From Minisyncoccota bacterium (GTDB taxonomy: Bacteria > Patescibacteriota > Minisyncoccia > Phycocordibacterales > UBA5272), in NCBI GenBank assembly GCA_046350775.1, contig JAXLZS010000001.1, positions 351,930 through 415,929 of the forward strand: a stretch of 64,000 bases of DNA, read 5' to 3'. A program made the translations under genes and the position numbers. How positions within the stretch are numbered: position 1 is the stretch's first letter; the number at the start of each line of letters is the position of its first letter. Under the pieces are notes generated by a model that saw nothing but the letters and a program-made list of their open reading frames with translations, was not told the origin of the DNA and searched no databases. Below, in pieces: positions 1 through 9,015 of this stretch.

Positions 1-435
1 AGCAAGAGTTGTTGACTTTCCTTGTCTGACTGGACCAACGACGAGAAATAGTCCTTGCTTAGCGTGAGCTATCTCTTCTAAAATTTTTGGTAATTTTAAT
101 TCAGAAAAAGTCTTTGGTTTTGGTACGAGACGAAGTGCCATACCCACCAATCCTTTTTCGAAATAAGCATTACCACGTAATCTGTATTCTCCTAAATGCT
201 CAAAAGAAAAATCTAGTTCTTGTTTTATAACAAAATCATTAAAGTTTCTCTCTGATACCATAGACCTTAAAAATCCAACCGTGTCTTCTGATGTTAAAGG
301 AGATTTATGAACCAGATTAATCAGCTCTCCATTTACTCTTATTATAGGAACTGATCCGACAAGTAAATGAAGATCACTACCCTGCTCTTTTACGAGAGTC
401 AAAATCAATTCATTGAGCTCGCTTTTATAGTCCAT
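1..435 (-). CDS. pilT: twitching-motility ATPase PilT-like. The start codon is at 435; the C-terminus runs off the window edge.
   Basis: Reverse-complement translation from the ATG at 433-435 gives an N-terminus typical of PilT/PilU N-domain (MDYKSELNELILTLVKEQGSDLHL...VGSVPIIRVNGEL), in line with pilB. Confidence 0.65.
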   Translation of the reverse strand, partial: MDYKSELNELILTLVKEQGSDLHLLVGSVPIIRVNGELINLVHKSPLTSEDTVGFLRSMVSERNFNDFVIKQELDFSFEHLGEYRLRGNAYFEKGLVGMALRLVPKPKTFSELKLPKILEEIAHAKQGLFLVVGPVRQGKSTTLA

Positions 436-526
436 AAATTTATTATATTAATTAAAATAGAAAACTCCTTAATAAATTAATTATAGCACCATTTTTAAAA
501 TAAAAAGAAATTAGTTATACACAAAA

Positions 527-2296
527 TTATAAAGCATCAACCTCGATAAAAGGCACCTCACCTTCTATTGATTTAATAATAGCGTCTTCCCTCATATTTA
601 TCATTCCCTTCTTTCTAGCAGCTTTCCAAATCTCATCTTCACTCTTTTTATTGAGAATAAGATTTTCTATTTCGTGATCTATTTCTAAAATCTCAAAAAC
701 TGGCACACGACCTTTTAGCCCAGAAGAATTTGTAGAAGAAGGAGCTGCATTGTAAGGATTTTTATCAAGAGGTAAATCTTTTTTATATTCTGGATCCAGA
801 TCTTTAAATGTCTCATCTATTATTGCCTTTACTCCTGGGTCTTTTATTTCGATTTCACAATTTTTATCTATCTTTCTTACAAGTCTTTGAGCTATAGCCA
901 TGATCAAAGTAGGAGCTATCAGATAAGGATCGACACCCATATCAAGCAAGCGACTAACTACTCCTATAGAATTGTTAGTATGAATTGTAGAAAATACGAG
1001 ATGTCCTGTAAGAGCTGCCTGGATAGCAAGCTGAGCTGTCTCAGCATCACGAATTTCTCCTACCATTATCACATTTGGATCCTGACGAAGAATTGAACGA
1101 AGTCCATTTGCAAATGTATAACCAATCTCTGGAAAGATTTGTGACTGATTCATACCTGGAATATTGTACTCCACAGGATCTTCAAGGGAAACCACATTTT
1201 TTCTTTCTCTGTCTATCTCATTTAACATAGAATACAGAGTGGTAGTCTTTCCTGATCCTGTAGGACCAGATATTAATATGATTCCGTAAGGCTTGTTTAT
1301 GTTTGCTCTTATTTGTGATAAATGTCTTTTAGAAAGACCTATCTCTTCTAGTTTTTTCACTCCTCTATAACTATCCAGAATTCTCAATACAGCCTTTTCT
1401 CCATAATAAGTAGGCAATGTGGACACACGAAAATCTATTTTATGATCTTCATATTGGACTGAAAATCTTCCGTCTTGTGGCTTTCTTTTTTCGTCAACTT
1501 TCATACCACAAAGTATTTTAACTCTGGCTATCATGGCTGAAGCTCGAGAAAGAGGTATGTTGAATCTATTTATAAGTACACCATCGATACGCACACGTAC
1601 CCTCACATGATCACCCATATTTTCTATATGTATATCTGAAGCCAAATCCATAATAGCGTTTTTTAAGATGATATTTATCATCTTCATCATCGGCATAGAA
1701 TCAACAAGAGAGTCTAAAATAGTATTGTCTTCGTTGGTTATATCTACAGCCTCATCTTTTATCCCGAGATTTTCTTCCACTTTTGGATGATTATACTGAG
1801 GTATAGCAAAAACTCCCTCGGTAGCATAGCCAGCGAATCTGCGTTTAAATTCACCGAGAGATATAAGATAAACTTTATAAGAAACTCCAGCTGAAGTTAA
1901 AATAAATTGCAAAGCATCAAGAACATTTTTTCTCTCAGGGTCTACTATACCAATCAAAATTTCATCATTTATATTTTGGTTTTTAATAAATTCAGACCCT
2001 TGTTTAGATTGATCATTTTCATTTGATCTACTACCAAGAGGGACAGCTAAAAATCTTTCAGATTTTTCCCTATCCAAAAGAGTGTATAGATTTTTATCTG
2101 CCAAATCTTTTTCTCCACTAAATATCGGTATGCCATAAATAGCATTTCTGGCGGCCAATACAGCAGCTTCTGGTACATTATGCTCACTTAGTATCTCGTC
2201 TATCGGAGCAGATGAAGTTTTCAGAGTCTCTTCGATAGCTCTAGACTCTAATTCACTTATTATATTTTGAGAGACTAATAGATTTAAGAGTATCAT
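527..2296 (-). CDS. pilB: type IV pilus assembly ATPase (GspE/PilB family)
   Basis: 589 aa with a GspE-N-like N-domain. It has Walker A GPTGSGKTTT, Walker B and a His box, as expected for secretion/T4P ATPases. Confidence 0.85.
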   Translation of the reverse strand: MILLNLLVSQNIISELESRAIEETLKTSSAPIDEILSEHNVPEAAVLAARNAIYGIPIFSGEKDLADKNLYTLLDREKSERFLAVPLGSRSNENDQSKQGSEFIKNQNINDEILIGIVDPERKNVLDALQFILTSAGVSYKVYLISLGEFKRRFAGYATEGVFAIPQYNHPKVEENLGIKDEAVDITNEDNTILDSLVDSMPMMKMINIILKNAIMDLASDIHIENMGDHVRVRVRIDGVLINRFNIPLSRASAMIARVKILCGMKVDEKRKPQDGRFSVQYEDHKIDFRVSTLPTYYGEKAVLRILDSYRGVKKLEEIGLSKRHLSQIRANINKPYGIILISGPTGSGKTTTLYSMLNEIDRERKNVVSLEDPVEYNIPGMNQSQIFPEIGYTFANGLRSILRQDPNVIMVGEIRDAETAQLAIQAALTGHLVFSTIHTNNSIGVVSRLLDMGVDPYLIAPTLIMAIAQRLVRKIDKNCEIEIKDPGVKAIIDETFKDLDPEYKKDLPLDKNPYNAAPSSTNSSGLKGRVPVFEILEIDHEIENLILNKKSEDEIWKAARKKGMINMREDAIIKSIEGEVPFIEVDAL

Positions 2297-2388
2297 AATA
2301 TTAATAGTATTATTATACTATAAGAATAAAAAAGAAAAATATTTTTTAATTTAAAATAGTGGAAAATATTAAAAAATATAATTTCAAC

Positions 2389-2691
2389 CTATGGTAAGAA
2401 TGGATTAGATCTTCCGAGACTTTGACTTGGTGAGATAATTTTTGAAAAATCGCTACCGTTTGTCAAAATACTATTATTAATATTTGTATTAAAAGATATA
2501 TTTTCTTTATTTATAATGTCCATATATTGACCAATCTTAGTCTCCTTCAAATATTTATCACTGATACTATCCAACTCCCCACTTGTACTAGTAAAAAATC
2601 CCTGATAAACAAAATATCCAGCTATAAGGATAGCGACTATTAAAACTGGAAATATTATATTTGAAGTTGAAAATTTTCTTGTATTATCCAT
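2389..2691 (-). CDS. small single-TM protein in the T4P operon (PilP-like position)
   Basis: 100 aa with an N-terminal TM helix, co-directional between the pilO-like gene and pilB. No diagnostic motif. Confidence 0.3.
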   Translation of the reverse strand: MDNTRKFSTSNIIFPVLIVAILIAGYFVYQGFFTSTSGELDSISDKYLKETKIGQYMDIINKENISFNTNINNSILTNGSDFSKIISPSQSLGRSNPFLP

Positions 2692-2695
2692 ATTT

Positions 2696-3295
2696 TTAAT
2701 TTTGTTTTAAATAATAAGTCTCCACAGTCACAGAATATTTTAGAGCTGATGTTGCTCTTGTATCTTGAGCTGAGGAAAAATTGAGAGACGTGACATTATA
2801 AATCCTGTTTGAATTTTCTAAGTTTTTCAAAAAAGATTTCATGTTGTTATATGTCCCCTCCAATGTAAATGATACTGATAGAGTATTATATTTTTTGTTA
2901 GAATTTTTATCCCCCCCATTATCGGTAAATTTTGGAGATAATAAGATCATACTGGATCCTGGCTGTTTTGCTATTTCTGATAATTCGTAAATGACAAGTA
3001 CAGGATCAGCCGAAGTCGGTAAAACTTTATTTAATGTATCTATTGAAAGACTATTTAAAGCGTCCACATATTGCCTATTATTATTGGCTATCTTTTTATT
3101 ATAATCATTTGCTATTGATATAGCCTTATCGTATCCTTGATTTTGATCAAGAAGAGTAGAAATATTTTTCTCTGGACTATAAAAAATTCCCGATCCTGAA
3201 TATTGAGGATATATGACAAAATAAAATATGCCTATGATTATAAGTAATATCAATATATTTGAGTAAACTTTATTTTTTAATTTTCCGTTTGGCAT
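2696..3295 (-). CDS. PilO-like pilus assembly protein
   Basis: 199 aa bitopic protein with an N-terminal TM. It follows the pilM then pilN-like genes in the canonical pilMNO order. Confidence 0.4.
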   Translation of the reverse strand: MPNGKLKNKVYSNILILLIIIGIFYFVIYPQYSGSGIFYSPEKNISTLLDQNQGYDKAISIANDYNKKIANNNRQYVDALNSLSIDTLNKVLPTSADPVLVIYELSEIAKQPGSSMILLSPKFTDNGGDKNSNKKYNTLSVSFTLEGTYNNMKSFLKNLENSNRIYNVTSLNFSSAQDTRATSALKYSVTVETYYLKQN

Positions 3296-3327
3296 ATTAT
3301 TATTTTATCATTTTTAATTTACATATA

Positions 3328-4110
3328 TTAATTAGTTTTTACAGAAGATGTCGTGGCTGTGCTTGTAGGATCTACAGGTACCACATTAGCTGGAATTTGA
3401 GACTTGAATAAAGGTCCTGACTTTAATGTCTGAATATTCGACTCTTTTCTTGCACTATCGATAGAAGACTCTATATAGTTTAGAAAATTCTTGGTAGAAA
3501 TATCTATGTTAAAGCTAATATCAAATAAGACATTGCCACTCTGATCTAAAGATAGAGATAATAATTTAAAATTTGAAAAATTTTTATTAAAAGGACCAGA
3601 CTTAAAATTATCTATCTGTCTATACAAAGAAACATAATCTTTTGCTACACCAGAAATTGATACTCCAGCTAGAGGAGCATTATTATCTTTCTTTAAATTG
3701 AATTTATTAAAATAGACATAGCTGTCAGAATTTGATTCTACAATCGATTCTAGAATTGGAAAAAGCATACCTGAAACATACAATTTATTATCATAGACAC
3801 CATTAAGAAGTTTTAATTTTTGAGAAAGAGATCTCATGTCTGCTAAGTTATTTCCAAAATAAACAACGTCTTTAGATTTATCAAAGCCTAATAGTTCAGC
3901 TTTTTTATTTTCTATTTGAGAACTTAAAACTTTTGTATATAAAAATGCTCCAACAGCTAAAAGTATTGTCACTATTAGCATGACCATCAAAAGTATTCTT
4001 ATTGAATCTTTTTTTTGAGGCTCTTCAGGTGTGATAGATGAAGCAAATTCATTGTGTACACCTTGAGTAGGTAGTGGGATATTTGTATCTTGTGTGAAAT
4101 TTGGAAGCAT
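3328..4110 (-). CDS. PilN-like pilus assembly protein
   Basis: 260 aa with a single TM after a short cytoplasmic N-terminus, immediately downstream of pilM on the minus strand. Confidence 0.45.
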   Translation of the reverse strand: MLPNFTQDTNIPLPTQGVHNEFASSITPEEPQKKDSIRILLMVMLIVTILLAVGAFLYTKVLSSQIENKKAELLGFDKSKDVVYFGNNLADMRSLSQKLKLLNGVYDNKLYVSGMLFPILESIVESNSDSYVYFNKFNLKKDNNAPLAGVSISGVAKDYVSLYRQIDNFKSGPFNKNFSNFKLLSLSLDQSGNVLFDISFNIDISTKNFLNYIESSIDSARKESNIQTLKSGPLFKSQIPANVVPVDPTSTATTSSVKTN

Positions 4111-4115
4111 AGTTT

Positions 4116-5186
4116 TTAACTAAAAAGATTTTTTATAGCAAGACCTGCTGCTACTGTGTATTTTTCATCTTCTTTTTTTAAAATATCTTTTAAATTGCTT
4201 GGCAAAATAAAATCAGAAAATGGGTCTGCTAGCACAATTTCTCTTTCGAGAAATTCAGAAAGAAATTTTTGTATACCTTTTTGAAGTGCTCCTCCCCCAC
4301 TTAAAACAACCTTATTTATATTTACATTATACTTTCTTTCGTGCTGAAATAAAAGATGTTTTATCTCATCAAACAGTGGATAACTCGCAAGCCCCATAAC
4401 CTCTCCTAAATGTGGAGATGAGTCGTCACCAAGATATCCAAATATCCTTTTAGCTTCTTCTGCCACATCTATACCGACACCAAGAACTTTGGATATCTGA
4501 GAAGTATTGTCATAAGAGCCTTTTTGAATAAGATTTGTGGTCTTTACTATTCCATTATGAATAAGAGTTACGAAAGAGCTTTTACCTCCAATATCTATGT
4601 GTAGTATTGGCTCATTTATTTTTATTTGTCTTAATATCATACGGGCCCCAGATAAAGCTTCTATCTCAAAAGAAAAATCTTTTAATCCGAGCTTGCTGGC
4701 GTATCTGTTGTATAAATCAAAAGTCTCATTTTTAACAGCTGCCATAATTATCACATCTTGATTAGGATTTTCTTTTGATGTCTCGCCTTTCCAATAATTA
4801 AGTTTTACCTCAGATACTGGCACGGGAAGATATTTTCTAGCTTCTATAGGGACAAGACTGGCCAACTCTTTGTCAGATACCTTTGGTATAGATATAGAAG
4901 AAATAAAACAGTCCTGCATTGGTATAGAAAATACTATTTTGTTGGCAGTTATTTTACTAGCCAAAAACAAATCTTTTATGGCTTGCACCATCTTTTCTTC
5001 TCCAATATTAGAAATAGATCCTGGTGGTAGAGAATCATAGGCCGCCATCTCCAGCTCTCCATATGTCTCTAAATGTATCTGATCACCATCATGTCGAATC
5101 TGTAATACTTTGATAGCATAAGACCCAATATCAAGTCCGGCAAATGATTCTATCGCTTGATTTTTTTTAGTACTTTGCAAAAACAT
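4116..5186 (-). CDS. pilM: type IV pilus assembly protein PilM (actin-like ATPase fold)
   Basis: 356 aa with an N-terminal GLDIGSYAIKV phosphate-1-like motif of the actin/HSP70 fold. It is the first gene of a pilM-N-O-like run. Confidence 0.75.
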   Translation of the reverse strand: MFLQSTKKNQAIESFAGLDIGSYAIKVLQIRHDGDQIHLETYGELEMAAYDSLPPGSISNIGEEKMVQAIKDLFLASKITANKIVFSIPMQDCFISSISIPKVSDKELASLVPIEARKYLPVPVSEVKLNYWKGETSKENPNQDVIIMAAVKNETFDLYNRYASKLGLKDFSFEIEALSGARMILRQIKINEPILHIDIGGKSSFVTLIHNGIVKTTNLIQKGSYDNTSQISKVLGVGIDVAEEAKRIFGYLGDDSSPHLGEVMGLASYPLFDEIKHLLFQHERKYNVNINKVVLSGGGALQKGIQKFLSEFLEREIVLADPFSDFILPSNLKDILKKEDEKYTVAAGLAIKNLFS

Positions 5187-5214
5187 ATGTATACTATAAT
5201 ATATAAATTATAAC

Positions 5215-5943
5215 ATGAAAATTATGATAGATAATAAAGATAATTTTCTCAAAAAATTATTTAATTTATTTTTAAATATATTTTTCCCAGAAGCGTGTAT
5301 ATCTTGTGGCGAACCTGGAAAAACTATCTGTAAAAAATGTCTAATAGAAATATCAAATAATAGATCAATTGAAAATTATAAGAATATAGATTGGATACTC
5401 TCTTGCCTCTCTTATAAAAATCCGAAATTAAAAACTGCTCTATTTTATTTAAAATATCACTACACAAAATCTGTTGCCAGATATTTAGCAGAAATAACTT
5501 ATCAAGATTTTTATAATTTTTTAGAAAAGACGGATCCAGAATTAAAAAATATCTTAATTCTACCTATTCCTATTTCTAAAAATAGACTCCGAGAAAGAAA
5601 TTATAATCAGAGCGAATTAATAATAAGAGAAATAATTTCTAAAATAAAAGAAAATAAAAATTTAAATATAGAAGACTTTCTGTTCACAGAACTTATTTTA
5701 AAAAATAAAGATACAATAAAATTTGCAAAGACACATTCTCACACAGAAAGAGAAAATTTAATAAGAGATGCTTTCAGTGTTGATAAAAAATATTTAAACA
5801 AATTTACCGATCTAGAAAATAAGAAAATAATATTGATAGATGATATCACTACGACCGGCGCCACTTTTTATGAAGCAAGAAACACTTTAATAAAAGCTGG
5901 ATTTAAAAAAGAAAATATATTTGGATTTGCTTTGGCACATTAA
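5215..5943 (+). CDS. comFC: ComF-family phosphoribosyltransferase (competence protein ComFC-like)
   Basis: N-terminal CxxC...CxxC zinc finger and a C-terminal PRTase motif ILIDDITTTGATF. It is divergent from the pilM operon. Confidence 0.7.
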   Translation: MKIMIDNKDNFLKKLFNLFLNIFFPEACISCGEPGKTICKKCLIEISNNRSIENYKNIDWILSCLSYKNPKLKTALFYLKYHYTKSVARYLAEITYQDFYNFLEKTDPELKNILILPIPISKNRLRERNYNQSELIIREIISKIKENKNLNIEDFLFTELILKNKDTIKFAKTHSHTERENLIRDAFSVDKKYLNKFTDLENKKIILIDDITTTGATFYEARNTLIKAGFKKENIFGFALAH

Positions 5944-6560
5944 TCTTTTTTACAGATAAATTTATAACTAATTATCTTTTGTTTTTTAATTTCAGTCTCT
6001 CCAATTTCTTTTTTTAAATCTATTAATTTAAAATTTGATTTTAATAATTTTTCTTTAACTTCTTCTATAGAATCTACAAAAGAAAAACCTTCTCTAAAAT
6101 TTGAGGAACTATTGTCGAACAAATCTCCAAAAAATACTCCTTCTTGTTTAAGAGATTTTTGTATTTTAGATAAAAGATTTTCTAGTTCACCAGAAGTTGT
6201 AAAGGTTAATGAATTATTTGCAATTATTAAATCATAATAATTTTCTTTAAAATCAAAAGATTCAAAATCTTGGATTATATAATTAAAATTTTTATCTTCT
6301 GGAAATTCGACAGATGTATACTTTCTGACATCATACAAATCAACAGCAACAACATTTTTAAATCCTTTTTCTAATAAAAATTTTGATTCCACTAAAGCTC
6401 CAGCCCCTAAATCCAAAGCATTGTCTTTTTCTTTTACAAAATCGACTACTTCTTTTATTTGATAATCTATTTCTTTATTTTTTGTTAGTTCATAATATAC
6501 ATTATTCCATTTTGCATAAACTCTATCATTATTAAGAATTTTTGTATTTGGATTTTCCAT
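5940..6560 (-). CDS. class I SAM-dependent methyltransferase. The ORF is trimmed to the internal Met because the longer ORF overlaps a tRNA.
   Basis: Motif LDLGAGALVE (SAM-binding motif I). The 5' extension of the annotated ORF (to 6626) overlaps tRNA-Ile on the same strand, so I start at MENPNTK (ATG at 6558-6560). Confidence 0.55.
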   Translation of the reverse strand: MENPNTKILNNDRVYAKWNNVYYELTKNKEIDYQIKEVVDFVKEKDNALDLGAGALVESKFLLEKGFKNVVAVDLYDVRKYTSVEFPEDKNFNYIIQDFESFDFKENYYDLIIANNSLTFTTSGELENLLSKIQKSLKQEGVFFGDLFDNSSSNFREGFSFVDSIEEVKEKLLKSNFKLIDLKKEIGETEIKKQKIISYKFICKKD

Positions 6561-6567
6561 ATTACTG

Positions 6568-6641
6568 TGCTCCCACTTGGACTTGAACCAAGGACCCCAC
6601 GGATATAAGCCGTGTGCTCTAACCAACTGAGCTATGAGAGC
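6568..6641 (-). tRNA. tRNA with anticodon UAU (Ile, AUA-reading)
   Basis: 74-nt cloverleaf folded by hand: acceptor GCUCUCA/UGGGAGC, D-arm GCUC-AGUUGGUUA-GAGC, anticodon stem CACGG/CCGUG with loop CUUAUAU, T-arm CUUGG-UUCAAGU-CCAAG, discriminator A. CCA is not encoded. Confidence 0.75.
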
Positions 6642-6671
6642 TTTTACATTATATATAATAACAAAAATTTT

Positions 6672-6700
6672 TTGATTTTAAAAGTCAAAAATATTATAAT
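6672..6700 (+). promoter_or_regulatory. sigma70-type promoter for tRNA-Ser
   Basis: TTGATT at 6672-6677, a 17-nt spacer, and a perfect TATAAT at 6695-6700, about 17 nt upstream of the tRNA 5' end. Confidence 0.5.
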
Positions 6701-6717
6701 AGGAAAATAGCTTTTTT

Positions 6718-6804
6718 GGAGGATTCGCATAGCGGTTTAGTGCGCCATCTTGGAAAGGTGGTAACTGGGAAACCGGTTCGGGGGTTCGAATCCCCCATCC
6801 TCCG
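6718..6804 (+). tRNA. tRNA-Ser (anticodon GGA), class II with a long variable arm
   Basis: Acceptor GGAGGAU/AUCCUCC with discriminator G. Anticodon stem CCAUC/GGUGG with loop UUGGAAA. Long variable arm ACUGG-GAAA-CCGGU. T-arm GGGGG-UUCGAAU-CCCCC. Confidence 0.85.
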
Positions 6805-6960
6805 CAACATTTCAAAAAGCGGACTCGGTTTTGCGAAGCTACTTTCTTTTTGGGGATATGGATTTGCAAAACCTCCACTGTTTTTGAACGTACCTCTGGG
6901 CTTCCAGGATATGGGCAGAAATGCTGGCGTATTTTGGGCACAAGGACTTGGGATAAAATT
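6805..6960 (+). repeat. partial, diverged copy of the 3' part of repeat family A (see 25919-26215), immediately 3' of tRNA-Ser
   Basis: gcggactcggttttgcgaa...ggggatatggatttgcaaaacctcc...gggcttcc aligns with the A-repeat segment gcggactcggttttacgaa...ggggaaaaggattcgcaaaacctcgg...gggtttgg. The overlapping ORFs 6716-6964 and 6678-6941 are not credible genes. Confidence 0.5.
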
Positions 6961-8373
6961 CTAGACCTCTTTAATCAAATTAGAGATTGGAACTTTGAGA
7001 AAGAAACTTTTTGCCTGTGCTAAAATTTCATCGCCCTTTTTAATAACTGCCGACATCCAAAACTTTCTCATATCAGTTTCTTTCTCGCAAGTAACTTCTA
7101 TTGTCACTTCTTCGTCAGTTGGTACGGGTTTTAAAATCTCAATTTTTGATAATTCTCGAGCAACCATTATAGATTCACTTGGCAATAATTTTGCAAACCC
7201 GATCGGGACACCCATAGAAGCATCTAGCGCAAAAGCGACCGAACCACCATGCATATTACCACCGACTGCTTGGGATTTTTTTGGGAAAGAAGTAGTTAAT
7301 GTTGCCGATATAATATCTCCTTCTTTGTTGTAATTAAGGTTAAAATTTTGCAAATCCAAATCAAAAAAATTATAAAGTTCCTTTGTATCTTTCTCAAAAT
7401 ACTGATTATAGAATCTTTTAGCGTTTTCAGGGAAAGAGTTATATAAATCTTTTAAAGTTTCGGTTTTTATAACTTCAAGATTATTTTCTTTTCTATTCAT
7501 TTTGCAAACTAAAATACAAGGAGTATTTAGAATAGAACTTTTAACTTCCTCTGATATATTTTGATATTTTTCTAAATCTTGTATCTCTAGTCCACGCTCA
7601 AGACTTATGACTTTTACATCAAATCCTATTTTTGAAAAATAATCTTTTGCCTCCCTTAAATCCTTGAACGCCAAAGACTCTTTTTGTACCCCAGAGACTT
7701 CATAAAAATTTTGCAACAAATTTCTTGATTCTTCCGACCATTTTGATCTATCTGCCCCCAACCCTTTTTGTGTAGCAATATCAAAAATTGCCACACCACC
7801 ATTACTTAACATATTTTTTATATTCAAGAATGCATTATCAATTTGATCTTTCTTGAAATAAGTAAATACACCTTCAGCAACAACACAAACAGGCTTTTGT
7901 TCGAGTTCTTTTATAATCTCTATTGTTTGATTTGGATTTATAATATCTAATTCTTGAATTCTGACTTTGCTATTTGAGTCAAGTTTTTTTATTTCTTCTC
8001 TGTTTTTAATATTATCTTCCAAATCAGTATCAAAATATGTAGCAAATTGGTTTTGTAACTCTAAAGACCTACTACTAAGCCCAGCTCCGATTTCGACCAT
8101 TTGGTTAATATCTAGATTTTGCTTTTCCTCAATAATTAAACTATTTATTGTTTTATGTCTCGCCTCAACAAATAACCCAATTTCTTCGGTTTTGTCATAT
8201 TTTTCCTTATCAAGATAGCCCTCTATATTTCTGTTGCTTATGTCTACAATATTAGTGTAAATCGGATTATATAAAAATTGTGCTTTTAATTTCGCGACAA
8301 CATCAGCAGTATTAACTAGAGAGTTTTCTGGGGTTTTCTTTGTGATTTTAGAGTTAGAGTTTGGTTTTTCCAT
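6961..8373 (-). CDS. two-domain protein: N-terminal LCM/TcmP-like SAM-dependent O-methyltransferase fused to a C-terminal hotdog-fold (PaaI-like) thioesterase
   Basis: MTase motifs VEIGAGLSSR and AEGVFTYF. The C-terminus has GGNMHGGSVAFALDASMG, typical of the PaaI/4HBT hotdog thioesterase family. Confidence 0.5.
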   Translation of the reverse strand: MEKPNSNSKITKKTPENSLVNTADVVAKLKAQFLYNPIYTNIVDISNRNIEGYLDKEKYDKTEEIGLFVEARHKTINSLIIEEKQNLDINQMVEIGAGLSSRSLELQNQFATYFDTDLEDNIKNREEIKKLDSNSKVRIQELDIINPNQTIEIIKELEQKPVCVVAEGVFTYFKKDQIDNAFLNIKNMLSNGGVAIFDIATQKGLGADRSKWSEESRNLLQNFYEVSGVQKESLAFKDLREAKDYFSKIGFDVKVISLERGLEIQDLEKYQNISEEVKSSILNTPCILVCKMNRKENNLEVIKTETLKDLYNSFPENAKRFYNQYFEKDTKELYNFFDLDLQNFNLNYNKEGDIISATLTTSFPKKSQAVGGNMHGGSVAFALDASMGVPIGFAKLLPSESIMVARELSKIEILKPVPTDEEVTIEVTCEKETDMRKFWMSAVIKKGDEILAQAKSFFLKVPISNLIKEV

Positions 8374-8559
8374 AACATAATTTTAACATTTTTAGAGTAT
8401 TTTTCCAAGACTTACTCCCTCTGTGCCCAAAATCCTCCTGCATTTTGTTTTAGTATTCATTCATCAGGATTCTAGGCAAAGTATTTTAAAACTTCATCCA
8501 ATACACTCCGCCAAAACACTATAAATATATTAATTTTTAAATATAAAATGATATAATTT

Positions 8560-8997
8560 TTGTATAAAGATATGAATATATTAAATAGTTTTACATCAAA
8601 TTATAATTATGAGACTTATGCTGACCTTATAAAGCCAACATGGGCTCCACCAAATTATCTTTTTGGCCCTGTCTGGAGTGTTTTGTATACAATAATATTA
8701 ATTACTTTTGGCTATGTATTTTATTTATATTATAAAAAGAAAATTAAATTCAACATTGTATTACCTTTTATTTTAAATTTAATTTTTAATTTTTTATTCA
8801 CTCCTATTCAGTTTGGATTAAAAAATAATTTACTAGGATCTATTGATGTGATACTAGTCTGGGTCACTCTTGTTTGGGCTATGTACAAAATATATAAAAA
8901 TAAAAAAAGTATAGTTTTCGCCAATATTCCATATCTCGCCTGGGTATCTTTCGCTACCATACTACAGATAACTATAACTTTTTTAAATATAAAATAA
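8560..8997 (+). CDS. TspO/MBR (tryptophan-rich sensory protein) family membrane protein
   Basis: 145 aa with 5 predicted TM helices and Trp/Pro-rich motifs (PTWAPPNYLFGPVWSVLY) characteristic of TspO. Confidence 0.55.
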   Translation: MYKDMNILNSFTSNYNYETYADLIKPTWAPPNYLFGPVWSVLYTIILITFGYVFYLYYKKKIKFNIVLPFILNLIFNFLFTPIQFGLKNNLLGSIDVILVWVTLVWAMYKIYKNKKSIVFANIPYLAWVSFATILQITITFLNIK

Positions 8998-9015
8998 TGA
9001 TAATATAAAAAATAT

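Noticed and set aside
5940-6626. N-terminal 22 codons of the annotated methyltransferase ORF (MVRAHGLYPWGPWFKSKWEHSN)
   Set aside because: This stretch is the same-strand coding read-through of tRNA-Ile(UAU). The gene was trimmed to start at the internal Met at 6560.
8374-8560. Possible fourth, highly decayed copy of the A-type element (gagtat...cttact...cctctgtgc) in the intergenic region upstream of TspO
   Set aside because: Matches are limited to three short words. That cannot be distinguished from chance without statistics.
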